Below, in pieces: positions 47,732-58,984 of a stretch of 64,000 nucleotides of DNA. The position numbers were made by a program, and so were the translations under genes. Numbering within the stretch: position 1 is the first letter of the stretch; every line of letters begins with the position of its first letter. The stretch spans positions 34,226,001-34,290,000 of the forward strand of contig CM059432.1 of the NCBI GenBank assembly GCA_030390025.1. The letters are read 5' to 3'. The notes under the pieces were generated by a model. It searched no databases. It saw only the letters and a list, made by a program, of their open reading frames with translations, and was not told where the DNA came from. Source of the DNA: Squalus acanthias (lineage: Eukaryota).

Positions 47732-49882
47732 TGTAAGGGGGCGGCGAGGTGAGGCTTTCGTTGCCTGTGCTATTGCTTGCTCTGGTCTCCGGCCAGACTT
47801 TTGCAATAATCACCTGTGAGTGGTTCGACCCACTCGCCCTTACGGTTCTGACACCTGGACTTAGATGCAAGGAGCAGTAATGCAGAGAAAGACTCAAATA
47901 GACCTGGTTGAATAGCACAAAATGAATGCCTTTATTGTACGGTGTCCAAAATAATGAAATACATGTCATATGCGCAGATCAAAGAAATTACAAGTATACA
48001 CACGTCTATAAAACTTGGTCTATACAAATGGGGAACACACGACACATCGTAAAAGGGGGAACACATTACACATTAACTTTAGGAACCACCCTCCCTTACA
48101 ATACCTAAACTACGTCTGGATTTGTAGGGTCGGGAAACATGCTCACCACTCGGGTTACTCCGGAATTTAAAATGAGGCTCGCAGCTTTTCGCTGCAGCGC
48201 CTGGCTGTCACGTGGCTGTAAGGGCTTCTGAGCTCGACTTGTTTACACTCGCTGCCGCGATGGACCCACTTGAGACAGCCCTGATGAACGTTCATCGCGG
48301 ATGGCCCAGGCTACCCGCTCAAATAACCAGAAGATAAGCCTGCCTTCCTGGATCTTCGGTAGGATTCAAAAAGGTGGATTTGAACCTACTTCGTCGTTTA
48401 TCTTCTGCGCGGTCGGGGTTTTACTGACTGTGGCGTCTCCCACGTGGAATTTCTTCTCGTCACTCGGGCCTCGCTTGGCCGAGATTCTTGTCTTCTTCGC
48501 TACCAGCGGCTGGTCACTCGGGAACACACCGCTGCGTTGCCCCGATGGATCCGGTCACCGTTTACCGACGATCGGGATGGTGTACCCTACTGCCTGCCGT
48601 GTCGAGGTGGCTCGTTCTGAGGTTCCGTTTCTGGCCGACACGGACCACGAACAACGAACCCGAACTCCACCCAACACTCGAACAACCGACCAGCACAGCA
48701 CCGCGGAAGGAACGAGAGACTTGCACTCCGCAACTCTTCTAAACTCCGTAACTAAACCGTAACTCAACCTTGACTGTAACTCTTCCAAAACTGACTCCCG
48801 ATGAACATTTGTCCTCTATAGTTATACTGTTTGGCCGGGCCTTATCTCCCGCTCAAATCAAGATGCTGTCTTTTGTTTAATTTTGGCGCCCAAAGTTCCC
48901 GGTATGGGGTAATTGTCTTCTTAACTAGTTTCGGGATCACCCGAAACTGGCCAACTATCCGTTAATGTCTTCTTCATTGTTGAGCTAGGCAGGATGTGTA
49001 TACTTGTCTCCTCAACTGGTTTCGGGATTACCTGAAAACTGGCCCAATCACCCGTCAATGTCTCTCTCATTGTTGAGCTGGGGGGGTATTTGTGTATTGA
49101 TGTGTCTGGATGGGCCCCCGATTGTCCAGTGCAATGACTCTCATCGTGCATATGAAACGATTCAAGCACTTATATCATTGTTTTTGTCCAAAACGCAAAT
49201 GGGTTGCATCCTGCCTTCCCAATCTGTACCGAGTATGGTCTTATTAATGGGCAACACGGTGGCATAGTGGTTAGCACTGGTGCCTCACAGCACCAGGGAC
49301 CCGGGTTCGAATCTGGCCTCGGGTGACTGTCTGTGTGGAGTTTGCACATTCTCCCCGTGTCTGCGTGGGTTTCCTCCGGGTGCTCCGGTTTCCTCCCACA
49401 GTCCAAAAATGTGCGGGTTAGGTTGATTTGGCTATGATAAATTGACCCTTAGTGTTAGGGGGGGATTAAATATGTGGGGTTACGGGGATAGGATGGGATA
49501 TGTTAGGGGGAATTAAATACGTGGGGTTACGGGGATAGGGTGGGATATGTGTCGGTGCAGGCTCGATGGGGATTCTGTGAGAGAGAGCAGGGACAGGGTA
49601 CTGGATTTGGATGATCAGCCATGATCGTATTGAATGGTGGAGCAGGCTCGACGGGCCGAATGGCCTACTCCTGCTCCTAGTTTCTATGTTTCTATAATGA
49701 ATGTATATTCAGCTCCATCTTGTCTGCCCACTGTGTTCTGGAAACGTCTGCCACGATGCTCGGCGGCCATTTTACAGGTTGCTGTGTCCTTATATTAAAA
49801 GCAGCCTTTCGTTCAATAAAAATGTACAATTGAACCTGCTTCTCTCACATTATTAGAATCTCGATAATTGCGAAACTCTACA
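47732..49882. mobile_element. Solo LTR (about 1.7 kb without the nested SINE), Gypsy- or ERV-type
   Basis: TGTA...TACA termini, 4-bp TSD ATTT (47728-47731 and 49883-49886), CpG-rich, internal roughly 90-bp duplication at 48915-49100, no gag/pol. Confidence 0.8.
49249..49695 (+). mobile_element. HE1-type V-SINE nested in the LTR
   Basis: Near-identical to 7895-8340. Confidence 0.92.
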
Positions 49883-51394
49883 ATTTGCACATAGCAAGCT
49901 CCCACAAACAGCAATGTGAAAATGACCAGATAATCTGTTTTAGATGTTGATTGAGGAATAAATATTGGCTAGGACACTGCGGATAACTCCCCTGCTTTTC
50001 TTAGAAATAGTGCCATTGGATCTTTTACGTCCACCTGAGAGAGCAGACGGGGCCTCGATTTAACATCTCATTTGAAAGACGGCACCTCTGACAGTGCAGC
50101 AGTCCCGCAGTACTGTACTGGAGTATCAGCCTATTTTTGTGCTCAAGTTCCTGGAGTGGGACTGTGAACCCACAACCTTCTGACTCAGAGGCGAGAGTGC
50201 TACCCACTGAGCCACAGCTGACACACTGATACTACTAACCACTGATAGCATTTTTAACTGGTAATACTAACCAATGATAGTATTCATCATTGATAGCACT
50301 GTTCATTGGTAGTGCTTACCATTAATAACATTCAAGATTGCTAGTACTCACTACAGTGTTACCTTTCCCTTTAAATTAACATGATTATTTACTGAGAAAG
50401 CTATTTTATAAATGGCAGAATCGCATTGTAGTATCAGTGTGTCACTGACTTAAAACAAATCTCTTTGAACAAGCTTTTGGTCACCTGTCCTAATATCTCT
50501 TCATGTGGGTTAGTCTCAAATGATGTTTGGTAACGCTCCTGTGAAGCGCCTTGGGACTTTTTTCCACATTAAAGGCGCTACATAAATGCAAAATGTTGTT
50601 GACTGTGTTGGTGCATTGTGCTATGTTTGCTGGCCATTCATCTCGTACCCAGATGAAGCTCATTATGTAACAGTGCTTGTTGAAGAGAAATGAAAGGGTC
50701 TATGGAACAGTGGCATCATCTTTGGAAAAGGAATGAAATTAGTTCCGCCTTCATGTTAACTCAAGTTATTTCTGACACCTTGTTATCAGCAGATGAAAGA
50801 ATAGTGAGCAAAGTACCCCCAGCAACTGCCCTGTAATATAAGTTATCTGTGACTCTCATCAAAAGCATTTCTCCCTCCAATTTTGAGACACTGGGTCACA
50901 ATTACAGAGCATCTCTCACTCTCACACAACTTGTCAAACACTGTAGCATGCCTAATAACTTCGAAGAAGGCTCAAATTTACTGTAGTTGTCAAAGGCCCG
51001 GCCTCCCTTTCTTTTTTCCCCTCTCTTATGTATTGACTTGTAACTAAATGCATCTATTTGTCACTGGTCTTAGCCAGTGATTACATGGAGCGGCCTAGTA
51101 ATTAGTCACAGCTGGACAGACCACCTTCATTCTTTGAAGTAAATTTGAGGTCTTTTCATCTTGCCTCATTTCGAAAGTCCGAGGTGGAATATGAAGGACC
51201 ATTAGGGAATTCATGTGTAAATAGGCTAGGTAAGCTTCAGGCCAGTGTGATGGACTGACATTTGCTCTATGCAATGATCTCAGTGTTATAACAGTTAATG
51301 GAAAGGCCTTTCCTCCCACACATTAAATGCAAGCAAACTCACGCAAGTACACTGGCACAATTATAAATTAGGTTCTTGAATGGTTGCTTTTTTC

Positions 51395-52082
51395 TCCTCC
51401 TGGCCGACCTCCCATCCTCCACCCTCCATAAATCTGAGCTCACCCAAAACTCTGCTGCCAAGTCCCGTTCGCCCATCTTGCTGACCTACATTGGCTCCCA
51501 GTCCACCAACACTTCGAATTTAAAATCCTCATCCTTGTGTTCAAATCCATCCGTGGCCTCGCCCCCTCCCTATCAGTGTTCCCTCTAATTTTGTTTTGGC
51601 CCACGTGGCCCCTTTAACGTGCGGCGTGGGCCATTCAAAGTTTCGCGCATGCACGGTTTCTCGATTTAAAAGCCGGCTCATCGGCTGCGCGGGACCTACA
51701 GAGAGCTGCACGGCCACCCGGCTGAGCAGCTTAAAAGGAACATTGCTCCCTATCTCTGCAGACTCCTCCAGCCCGACAACCCTCCGAGAACTCTGTGTTC
51801 CTCCAATTCCTTTGCCCCAACAATGACGGCCCTTCCTTCAGCCATCTAGGCCCTATACTCTGGAATTACCTCCCTAAACCTCTCCACCTCGCGACCTCTC
51901 TCTCCACCCCAGTCCTCCTTTAAGGCCTGCCTTAAAACCTACCTCTTTAACCAAGCTTTTGATCGCCTGTCCTACTGTCTCTGTCTTTGGCTCAGTGTCA
52001 ATTTTTGTCCGACTGCCCTCCTGTGAAGCGCCTTGGGACATTTTCCTATGTTAAAGGTGCTATATAAATGCAAGTTGTTGTT
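51395..52082 (+). mobile_element. L2-type LINE 3' end
   Basis: ctgacctacattggctcccagtc (DLHWLPV), tttaaaatcctcatccttgtgttcaaatcc and the L2 tail. A shorter tail lies at 50450-50600 and an inverted Deu-SINE follows at 52083-52340. Confidence 0.75.
51574..51745. mobile_element. hAT-type MITE, copy 3
   Basis: TIRs cagtgttccctctaa and ttaaaaggaacattg, 8-bp TSD ctccctat. Confidence 0.9.
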
Positions 52083-52397
52083 TCACAACCTCAGGACATC
52101 CCAAAGTGCTTTACTGCCAATTGAAAACTTTTGATGTATATTCACTGATGTAATGTAGGAAATGTGACAAATTACACACAGCGAAGTCTCACAAACAGCA
52201 ATGAGATAATAACCAGATCATCTGTTCTATGTGTTTTTTTAAAGGATAAATGTTGGCCAGGTCACCAGGAGAACTCCCCTGCCCTTTTTCAAATAATGCC
52301 GTGGGATCATTTACATCCACCTGAGAAGGCAGACGGGGCAAGAGTGCGACAACTGACCCAAGGCTCACAGCTTTAGGTTTTGTTTGTCACAGATAAA

Positions 52398-53287
52398 GGG
52401 GGAGAAATTCGGTATCGCCCCGTTTGGGGCGCAATTATTTGCCGGGCGCAAAGTTTAGCGCCTGCCGCTAATTATCGCCTCCGACTGCAAACTTGGCTTC
52501 TATCGCCCTTGGAGGTAATTGGAGCGCTAAATCAGGCGCTACACACCTCTCTTAAGGCGCTAACGCCGAGGAGCGAGGCGCTACCTCAGAGCGCTGGCGA
52601 AGCTCATGTGATGTCAGTCAGCAATGGAACACAGACACACTGGCACCGGCCAGTTCTTAAAGGGGAGGGTCGATCTTGCTCTCCATCCACACCCTGCTCA
52701 TTGCAGCCTTGAATCTCGGCCTGGAGAGACCTGTACATCAAATCTGCTGGAAAGAACAATGGAGAGGCCCAGGGAAAGAGCTCAGAGTGCAGCCCCCAAA
52801 GTCTCTTCTAAACTGATGCAAGGAAGGTCAAATCAAAATGAACCTGCAAATTGCGGCTCAGTACCCAAAACTCCTTCACACAGCGTTGAATCTCCCCAGA
52901 AGTCTCTCTCTCTCTCAGAATGCGTGGTGCAAAAATGTTGCCGACAAAATAAGGCAGGAAGCAATCACCTTTAAATAGCGCTCCCCCAATCCCTTCCTGA
53001 CTGCAAAACGTTCCCCTCAACCTGTCGTTGCTAGCGGCAGGCGGAAAGGCAGGGGGCGCCACTCAATATCCAGTCCGGGGCGCTACCGGGGCGTTGCACG
53101 CTCGACTGACGTCACGATCTGTGGGCGCAGGAGATCGTGACAGTAGTGTTTAGCGCTGCCGCAAAATGTCTGGTCAATTTCGCGAGCAGCGCAAACATCG
53201 CCATGCCTGGACGCTAGTTGCTTTGCACCCCATTAGCGCCCTCTTAGGGCATTAACGGGAGGTGCAAAGCAACCAAATTTTTCCCCC
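52398..53287. mobile_element. Harbinger-like element, family H copy 2
   Basis: TIRs gggggagaaattcggt and accaaatttttccccc, TSD AAA/AAA. Confidence 0.8.
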
Positions 53288-54149
53288 AAAGAGTCCAAAT
53301 TGTGAATTACTATACCACGTAACAAAACCAAATTTAACTTATTCTTTAACCATCAAGTAGTGGCTCTGGTCATAGGCCTATGTTCAGGCTGTTTTTGAGT
53401 TGTTGGTTATTATTTCATTTATCTGCTTTTTTGAAGTTTTTCGTCAACTGTTTTGAGTTTTTTTTTTAAGTTGTTCTGGATGTAGGGTTAGCGTCTTCAG
53501 GAAAGGAGAAACGATATTTAAAAAAAACTAAAATAAATCGCATCTTATGGCCCTTCATCTCTTATCCTTCCAAGCTTGCTAGGCCTTGTTGTTCTTAAAG
53601 TTAAGCTCTCTCTCCCTTCCCAAACAGATATCATTGCCTACAGTGTAAAATAGGGGAGGCGAGGAGGAGCAGGGAGAGGGGTTAACAAGCCCCTGTGAAT
53701 GGGAATTTGAAACTGGACTGTGGAATGGGTTAATTGAGAAGGAAAATGAAGGGTTATCATCCAGCTGGCTCCTAACAAGTATCATTAGCAGAACATAGAG
53801 CTACTTTGGTAGATACAGTAATTACTACACAAAAGGGAGGCTTTGCATTCCTGGTGCCTTTCCCACACAATGCTTGCAAGCTGAGATTCCACCTCCTTTC
53901 AGCCCCAGGAGGCCTTTTACTGCCCTGCTTCTATCAGAGGTGCAGTTAAAGTAGTAATACTTTGAATTGTTCTTAAGGGGGGAATTGAGCTGCAATTAGT
54001 TCCAAACCCAGATGAATATTTTACCATGATGATGTTGAAGGCATTGAGAAGTGTTATCAAATCACTGAAACCACCAGGTCACCAGCAACTTTCTAAAGAA
54101 ATACCGAAAGATTCTTTCTTGTCTTCCCTCCCAATCTCTCTTGGTTGGT

Positions 54150-54419
54150 GTGCTGCACTATGGCCCCTGGCCCTGTCCTTGCATTCTGAACCTCAACCCC
54201 TTCCCTGCCATATAAGCCTTGACGCTGCCTTGCATTATGGGCCTTGCCCCTTCCCTGCACTTAATGCCCCAGCATGGTCCTTCCTTGCACTATCGGCCTT
54301 GGCCCTTCCCAACACAATGGGCCTTATCTCATATGTGCCATCCATGGCTATACCCTGCACTATAGGCCTTGATCCTTCCTTGAACTTTAGGCCTTGGCCC
54401 TTCCTGCATTATAGACATT
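54150..54419. repeat. Degenerate 25-bp minisatellite (old part)
   Basis: tgcactatggcccctggccc and ctgcactataggccttgatcc units. Confidence 0.65.
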
Positions 54420-55120
54420 GGGGGAAAAATTCGGTATCAACCATTTTGGGGCGCTAACATCGCCTGGGTGCTAACTTTAGCGAAATTGAGTTTTAGCGCC
54501 CCAAGAGGGAAGTAGACGGTTAAATCAAGTGCTCCAATTCCTTCTTAGGTCGCTAACGTCGGAGAGCGGGGCAGAGGCTTCAGCAGTGCTGCAAACTGGG
54601 CCGTGCAGCGCTGCCACGTTCAAAGGCTCCTTCCCTCCCTTAAAGGGAAGGGCCATCGCTGCAGGCTCTGTAATTTAAAAAGTACCTACCTGGACCACCA
54701 AGGCAGCCACGATCCCGCGCGATCAGCCCGGCACTCAAGCAGAGTGCTGGGCAGTTTGATCGCGGGCAGGAACCCGCGAAAAAAACCAGAACAGGAAAGG
54801 TAAGTTTTTTTTTCACTTATCTCGGCCACCTCGCCTTTAATCCGAAGCGGCTGGCCGCCTGATGCACGTCTCCTGCAGCTCTCGGTGTTTTCGACCGGCG
54901 CTGCTGCAGAGGGTGGAAGTCAATTTTGGGTCCGGGGCGCTACCGGGGCGATGTGCATGGCGATGACATCATGATCTCCGGGTGAAGGAGATAGGGGCGC
55001 AAAGCCGTAGCGCCACCGCAAAACTCCCACCAAATATGGCGAGAGTCGATGTCAGCGCCAAAGCCATTTGCACCCCGTTAACGCCCCCCAGGAGGCACAA
55101 AGGCACCCAATTTCACCCCC
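54420..55120. mobile_element. Harbinger-like element, family H copy 3
   Basis: TIRs gggggaaaaattcggt and acccaatttcaccccc; interior homologous to 45496-46214. Confidence 0.8.
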
Positions 55121-55180
55121 TTTGGTATTGCCTGAACTAGAGGCCTTGCCCCTTACCTGCACTTTGGGCCTTGTTCCAGC

Positions 55181-55652
55181 CCTGCACTATAGGTCTCAGC
55201 CCTCCCCTGCACTATAGGTCTCAGCCCTCCCCTGCATTATAGGTCTCAGCCCTCCCCTGCACTATAGGTCTCAGCCCTCCCCTGCATTATAGGTCTCAGC
55301 CCTCCCCTGCATTATAGGTCTCAGCCCTCCCCTGCATTATAGGTCTCAGCCCTCCCCTGCACTATAGGTCTCAGCCCTCCCCTGCACTATAGGTCTCAGC
55401 CCTCCCCTGCATTATAGGTCTCAGCCCTCCCCTGCACTATAGGTCTCAGCCCTCCCCTGCACTATAGGTCTCAGCCCTCCCCTGCACTATAGGTCTCAGC
55501 CCTCCCCTGCACTATAGGTCTCAGCCCTCCCCTGCACTATAGGTCTCAGCTCTCCCCTGCACTATAGGTCTCAGCCCTCCCCTGCACTATAGGTCTCAGC
55601 CCTCCCCTGCACTATAGGTCTCAGCCCTCCCCTGCACTATAGGTCTCAGCCC
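55181..55652. repeat. Homogeneous 25-bp minisatellite (cactataggtctcagccctcccctg, about 19 copies)
   Basis: Exact 25-bp period, mainly one variable site (cac/cat). Confidence 0.97.
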
Positions 55653-56149
55653 TTCATCCATGTTTATCAATTTTAAAAAAATGTAACCTCTAAAATGTTT
55701 CCCTCTAAATTGCTTTTGCTGAAGATGCTGACTCATGCTTGAGTGCAGTTCCATGGATGCTAGCCATCCACTGCTTCCTTTGGTCAAATGGCCATTCCTT
55801 ATGTGTGAGCCTAGGCATTGAGTGTTGACAGGCTGTTCTACAATGGAGGCATCACAACAGAGCCTGATCCACAACAGGTCCTCACCTGACAACCACACAA
55901 CTGTACAGGAGGGGTCAGTGATCAGGAGCAGGAACCGACGACCATATGCTGAGATCAGCTTTAGTACCTTTATCTTCGCCCCAACCGAGATCAGCCATCT
56001 CAGAACAGGCCAGGGTTCAAGCATGGTCTATGTGGGTCTGGATTAGGTCGGAACTGCAAAAAGCCAGCACTAGGCTCAGAGACCCAGTACACCTTTTATG
56101 TTGAAATTCTGTGATTGATGGCTGGTGCCATCACCAATAAGACAGTAAG

Positions 56150-56773
56150 CAAGTGCCCCCTTTTAACGGGGCACAACCAATAAACTGCAAATGAAACCAA
56201 ATTTAAATGTAACTTAACAAATCAAATCAAAATGTTGTTTCTGGGGGTGATGATGCACTCCAGTCCCTCCGGTGCTCACCGGTCGTGGAAGGCCTCGAGC
56301 GAACCGGCAGACACCGCGTGCTCCATCTCCAGGGACACATGGGCACGAACAAAACCACAGAAGAGAGGCAGGCAGTCAGGCCGAACGACCCCCTCGACCG
56401 CCCGCTGCCTGGACCTGTTAATGGCCACTTTGGCCATGCCCAGGAGCAGTCCAACAGGGAGGTCCTCCAACTTGCCCACTCCCCTCCGCACCGGGTGACC
56501 AAAGATCAGGAGCGAGGGACTGCAGTGCAGCCAAAAATTGAGGAGCAGCCCCTTCAAATATTGGAAGAGGGGCTGCAACCTCTCACACTCATTGTATACA
56601 TGGAACACAGACTCATCCAGGCCGCAGAAATTGCAGGCAGCCTGGCAGTCCGTGAACCTACTTAAAAATTTGTTGCACGGGACTGCTCCGTGCAACACCC
56701 CCCCACACCAAGTCCCCAATAGAAAAGGGGAGGACTCCCGCGTAGAGAGCCCTCCACTGGGGACCCCCGCCTC
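56150..56773 (-). mobile_element. Tx1/L1-clade LINE 3' fragment (ORF2 C-terminal zinc finger)
   Basis: VLHGAVPCNKFL...ACNFCGLDESVFHVYNECERLQPLF...LLLGMAKVAINRSR (CxxC-x7-H-x4-C), with a 3' hairpin gtgcccc...ggggcac. Confidence 0.85.
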
Positions 56774-57204
56774 CTCAGAGACCCAGTACGAGACATAAGA
56801 AGCCATCACACTGCATATGTGGAAACCCTTACAGCTGAACAAATATAAGTCAAGGAAATGCCAATCAGACCAGCTGTCTCACAGATAATTTGCATAACAA
56901 TCCTTTACCTAATACTAATCAAGGGTTGGGCACAGTGAAACTTACACTCCATTGTCCCGTCAAATTGAACTGTTTGTTCTGCATTGTACCCTCTTTAAAG
57001 TTTCCATATCCTTATGGGACCACCTACTCTAATTAATAACCTCAGCCTCATCTATTCTATTCAGTAGCCCCCATCGAATCTAATTAGAAACCCTCAGCGT
57101 CACCTAGTAGCCCCAACTCAGCTATTCTAGTTAGGCAACCTCGGATCCTCATCTCATTAGGTTAGAGACCCCCAGTCTGTACATAATCTGAATAGCAACC
57201 AAAA

Positions 57205-57570
57205 GATCTTTAAAATAATAAAGGGATTTGATCGGGTGGATACAGAGAAACCATTCCTTCTGGTGGGGGAATCCAGAACAAGAGGGCGTAATCTCGAAAT
57301 TAGAGCCAGGCCATTCAGGGGTGAAGTTAGGAAGCAGTTCTTCACACAAAGGGTAGTGGGAATCTGGTACTCGCTCCCCAAAAGGCTGTGGATGTTGGGA
57401 CAATTGAAATTTTCGAGACAGAGAGCGATAGATTTTTGTTGGGTAAGGGTATCAAGGGATATGGAGCAATGGCGGGTAAATGGAGTTGAGGTACAGATCA
57501 GCCTTGATCTAATTGAATGGGGGAACAGGCTCGAGGGGCTGAATGGCCTCCTCCTGTTCCTAATTTCCTA
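57205..57570 (+). mobile_element. CR1 3' end
   Basis: ORF 57236-57571 (GESRTRGRNLEIRARPF...FFTQRVV) plus tail. Confidence 0.85.
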
Positions 57571-57956
57571 AATAATCACCCACTTCCCTCCCTCCTGCAA
57601 TAGATAGCACACTCAGCCTGAACCTACTCAATAGCAGGCGAATCGACTCCATTCAGAAAACCTGCCGCCAACCTATTCTAATTATCCAAAGCTTTAAACG
57701 ACAGCAGATTGATGTGTACCTCGCTCAGCCATTTCATGTGTCTGGGTCGTCAGGCTATTTGACCGTGGGAGGGAAGGGCTCAGTGAGTAAATGCACTGCC
57801 TCATGTGGTGCCAAGCCATATAGAGCAGCAAAGGCCCATGCTCAATCTGTGATTAGTGCTCAGTCAGCTGATCTCAGGCAGAGCATCAGTTGGGACGATA
57901 CAATTTCATTACCCCTGAACGTGGGAAGGGGGGGAAAAATCAGCCTTTAGCTGAAA

Positions 57957-58600
57957 AGTGTGTGTCTGTGTCTGTCTGTATGTCTGTCTGCGTGTGTGTC
58001 TGTGTGTGTATCTTTGCATGTGTGTCTGTACGTATGTCTGTGTGTGTGCATGTGTGTAGGTCTGTGTGTGTATGTGTGTCTTTGTGTGTCTGTGTGTGTG
58101 TCTATGTATGTCTATGTGTGTGTATGTGCATGTGTGTATGTCTGTGTGTGAATGTCTGTGTGTGAGCGCGTCTGTGTATGTGTGTGTGTCTATGTGTGCG
58201 CACTATGTGTGTATGTGTGTGTGTCTATGTGTGTGTGCGTGTCTGTGTGTGTGCGTGTCTATGTGTGTGTGCGTGTCTGTGTGTGCGCACTATGTGTGAA
58301 TGTGTGTGTGTCTATGTGTGTGTGCGTGTCTGTGTGTGCGCACTATGTGTGAATGTGTGTGTGTCTATGTGTGTGTGCGTGTCTGTGTGTGTGCGTGTCT
58401 ATGTGTGTGTGCGTGTCTGTGTGTGCGCACTATGTGTGAATGTGTGTGTGTCTATGTGTGTGTGCGTGTCTGTGTGTGTGCGTGTCTATGTGTGTGTGTG
58501 TGTCTATGTGTGCGCACTATGTGTGTATGTGTGTGTGTCTATGTGTGTGTGCGTGTCTGTGTGTGTGCGTGTCTATGTGTGCGCACTATGTGTGTATGGT
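57957..58600. repeat. Complex (TG)n microsatellite with higher-order units
   Basis: TG runs with recurring gcgcactatgtgtg, gtctatgtg and gcgtgtctgtg. Confidence 0.97.
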
Positions 58601-58984
58601 TGTAAGTAAGAAGAGAATCTGGCTGGGACTTTCCGCCACCCATGCTTGAATCGCCTGCTGGCACTCGCTGTCGGAGCTCATACTTGAAGAATGTCCACTT
58701 GGCCGACGGAAGCAAGTGGAACCGTACCCTAAAGTGGGTCCGCGGCTTTATGAGAGGTGAGGGAAAGATGAAGCAACAAACAGGCTTGTTGGGAACTGGC
58801 AGCTCACAGAGCTGGTTCTGCTCGGCATCACTGGCAGTCGGCCTGATCTGCGTATTGCCCCGAGGTAGACAGGTGTGATGCAGGAGGATTCCTCTGAAGG
58901 CTTTACTGTCAAAACAGCTGTACTAGCAAGTTTCTTTCAAAGGAAAAAATAATTTGAAAAGTGCATGCAGCAGCTAAACGCTGA

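Larger units (their letters stand above)
47628..50222 (-). mobile_element. Deu-SINE split by an LTR insertion (47628-47731 and 49883-50222)
   Basis: gcagccaattt|gcacatagcaagctccc rejoins the SINE sequence exactly. Confidence 0.85.

Noticed and set aside
48301..48788. ORFs of 77-153 aa inside the LTR as viral accessory genes
   Set aside because: There is no recognisable domain, and such lengths are expected by chance in GC-rich sequence.
57890..58649. Cys/Val-rich ORFs
   Set aside because: They are translations of a TG microsatellite.
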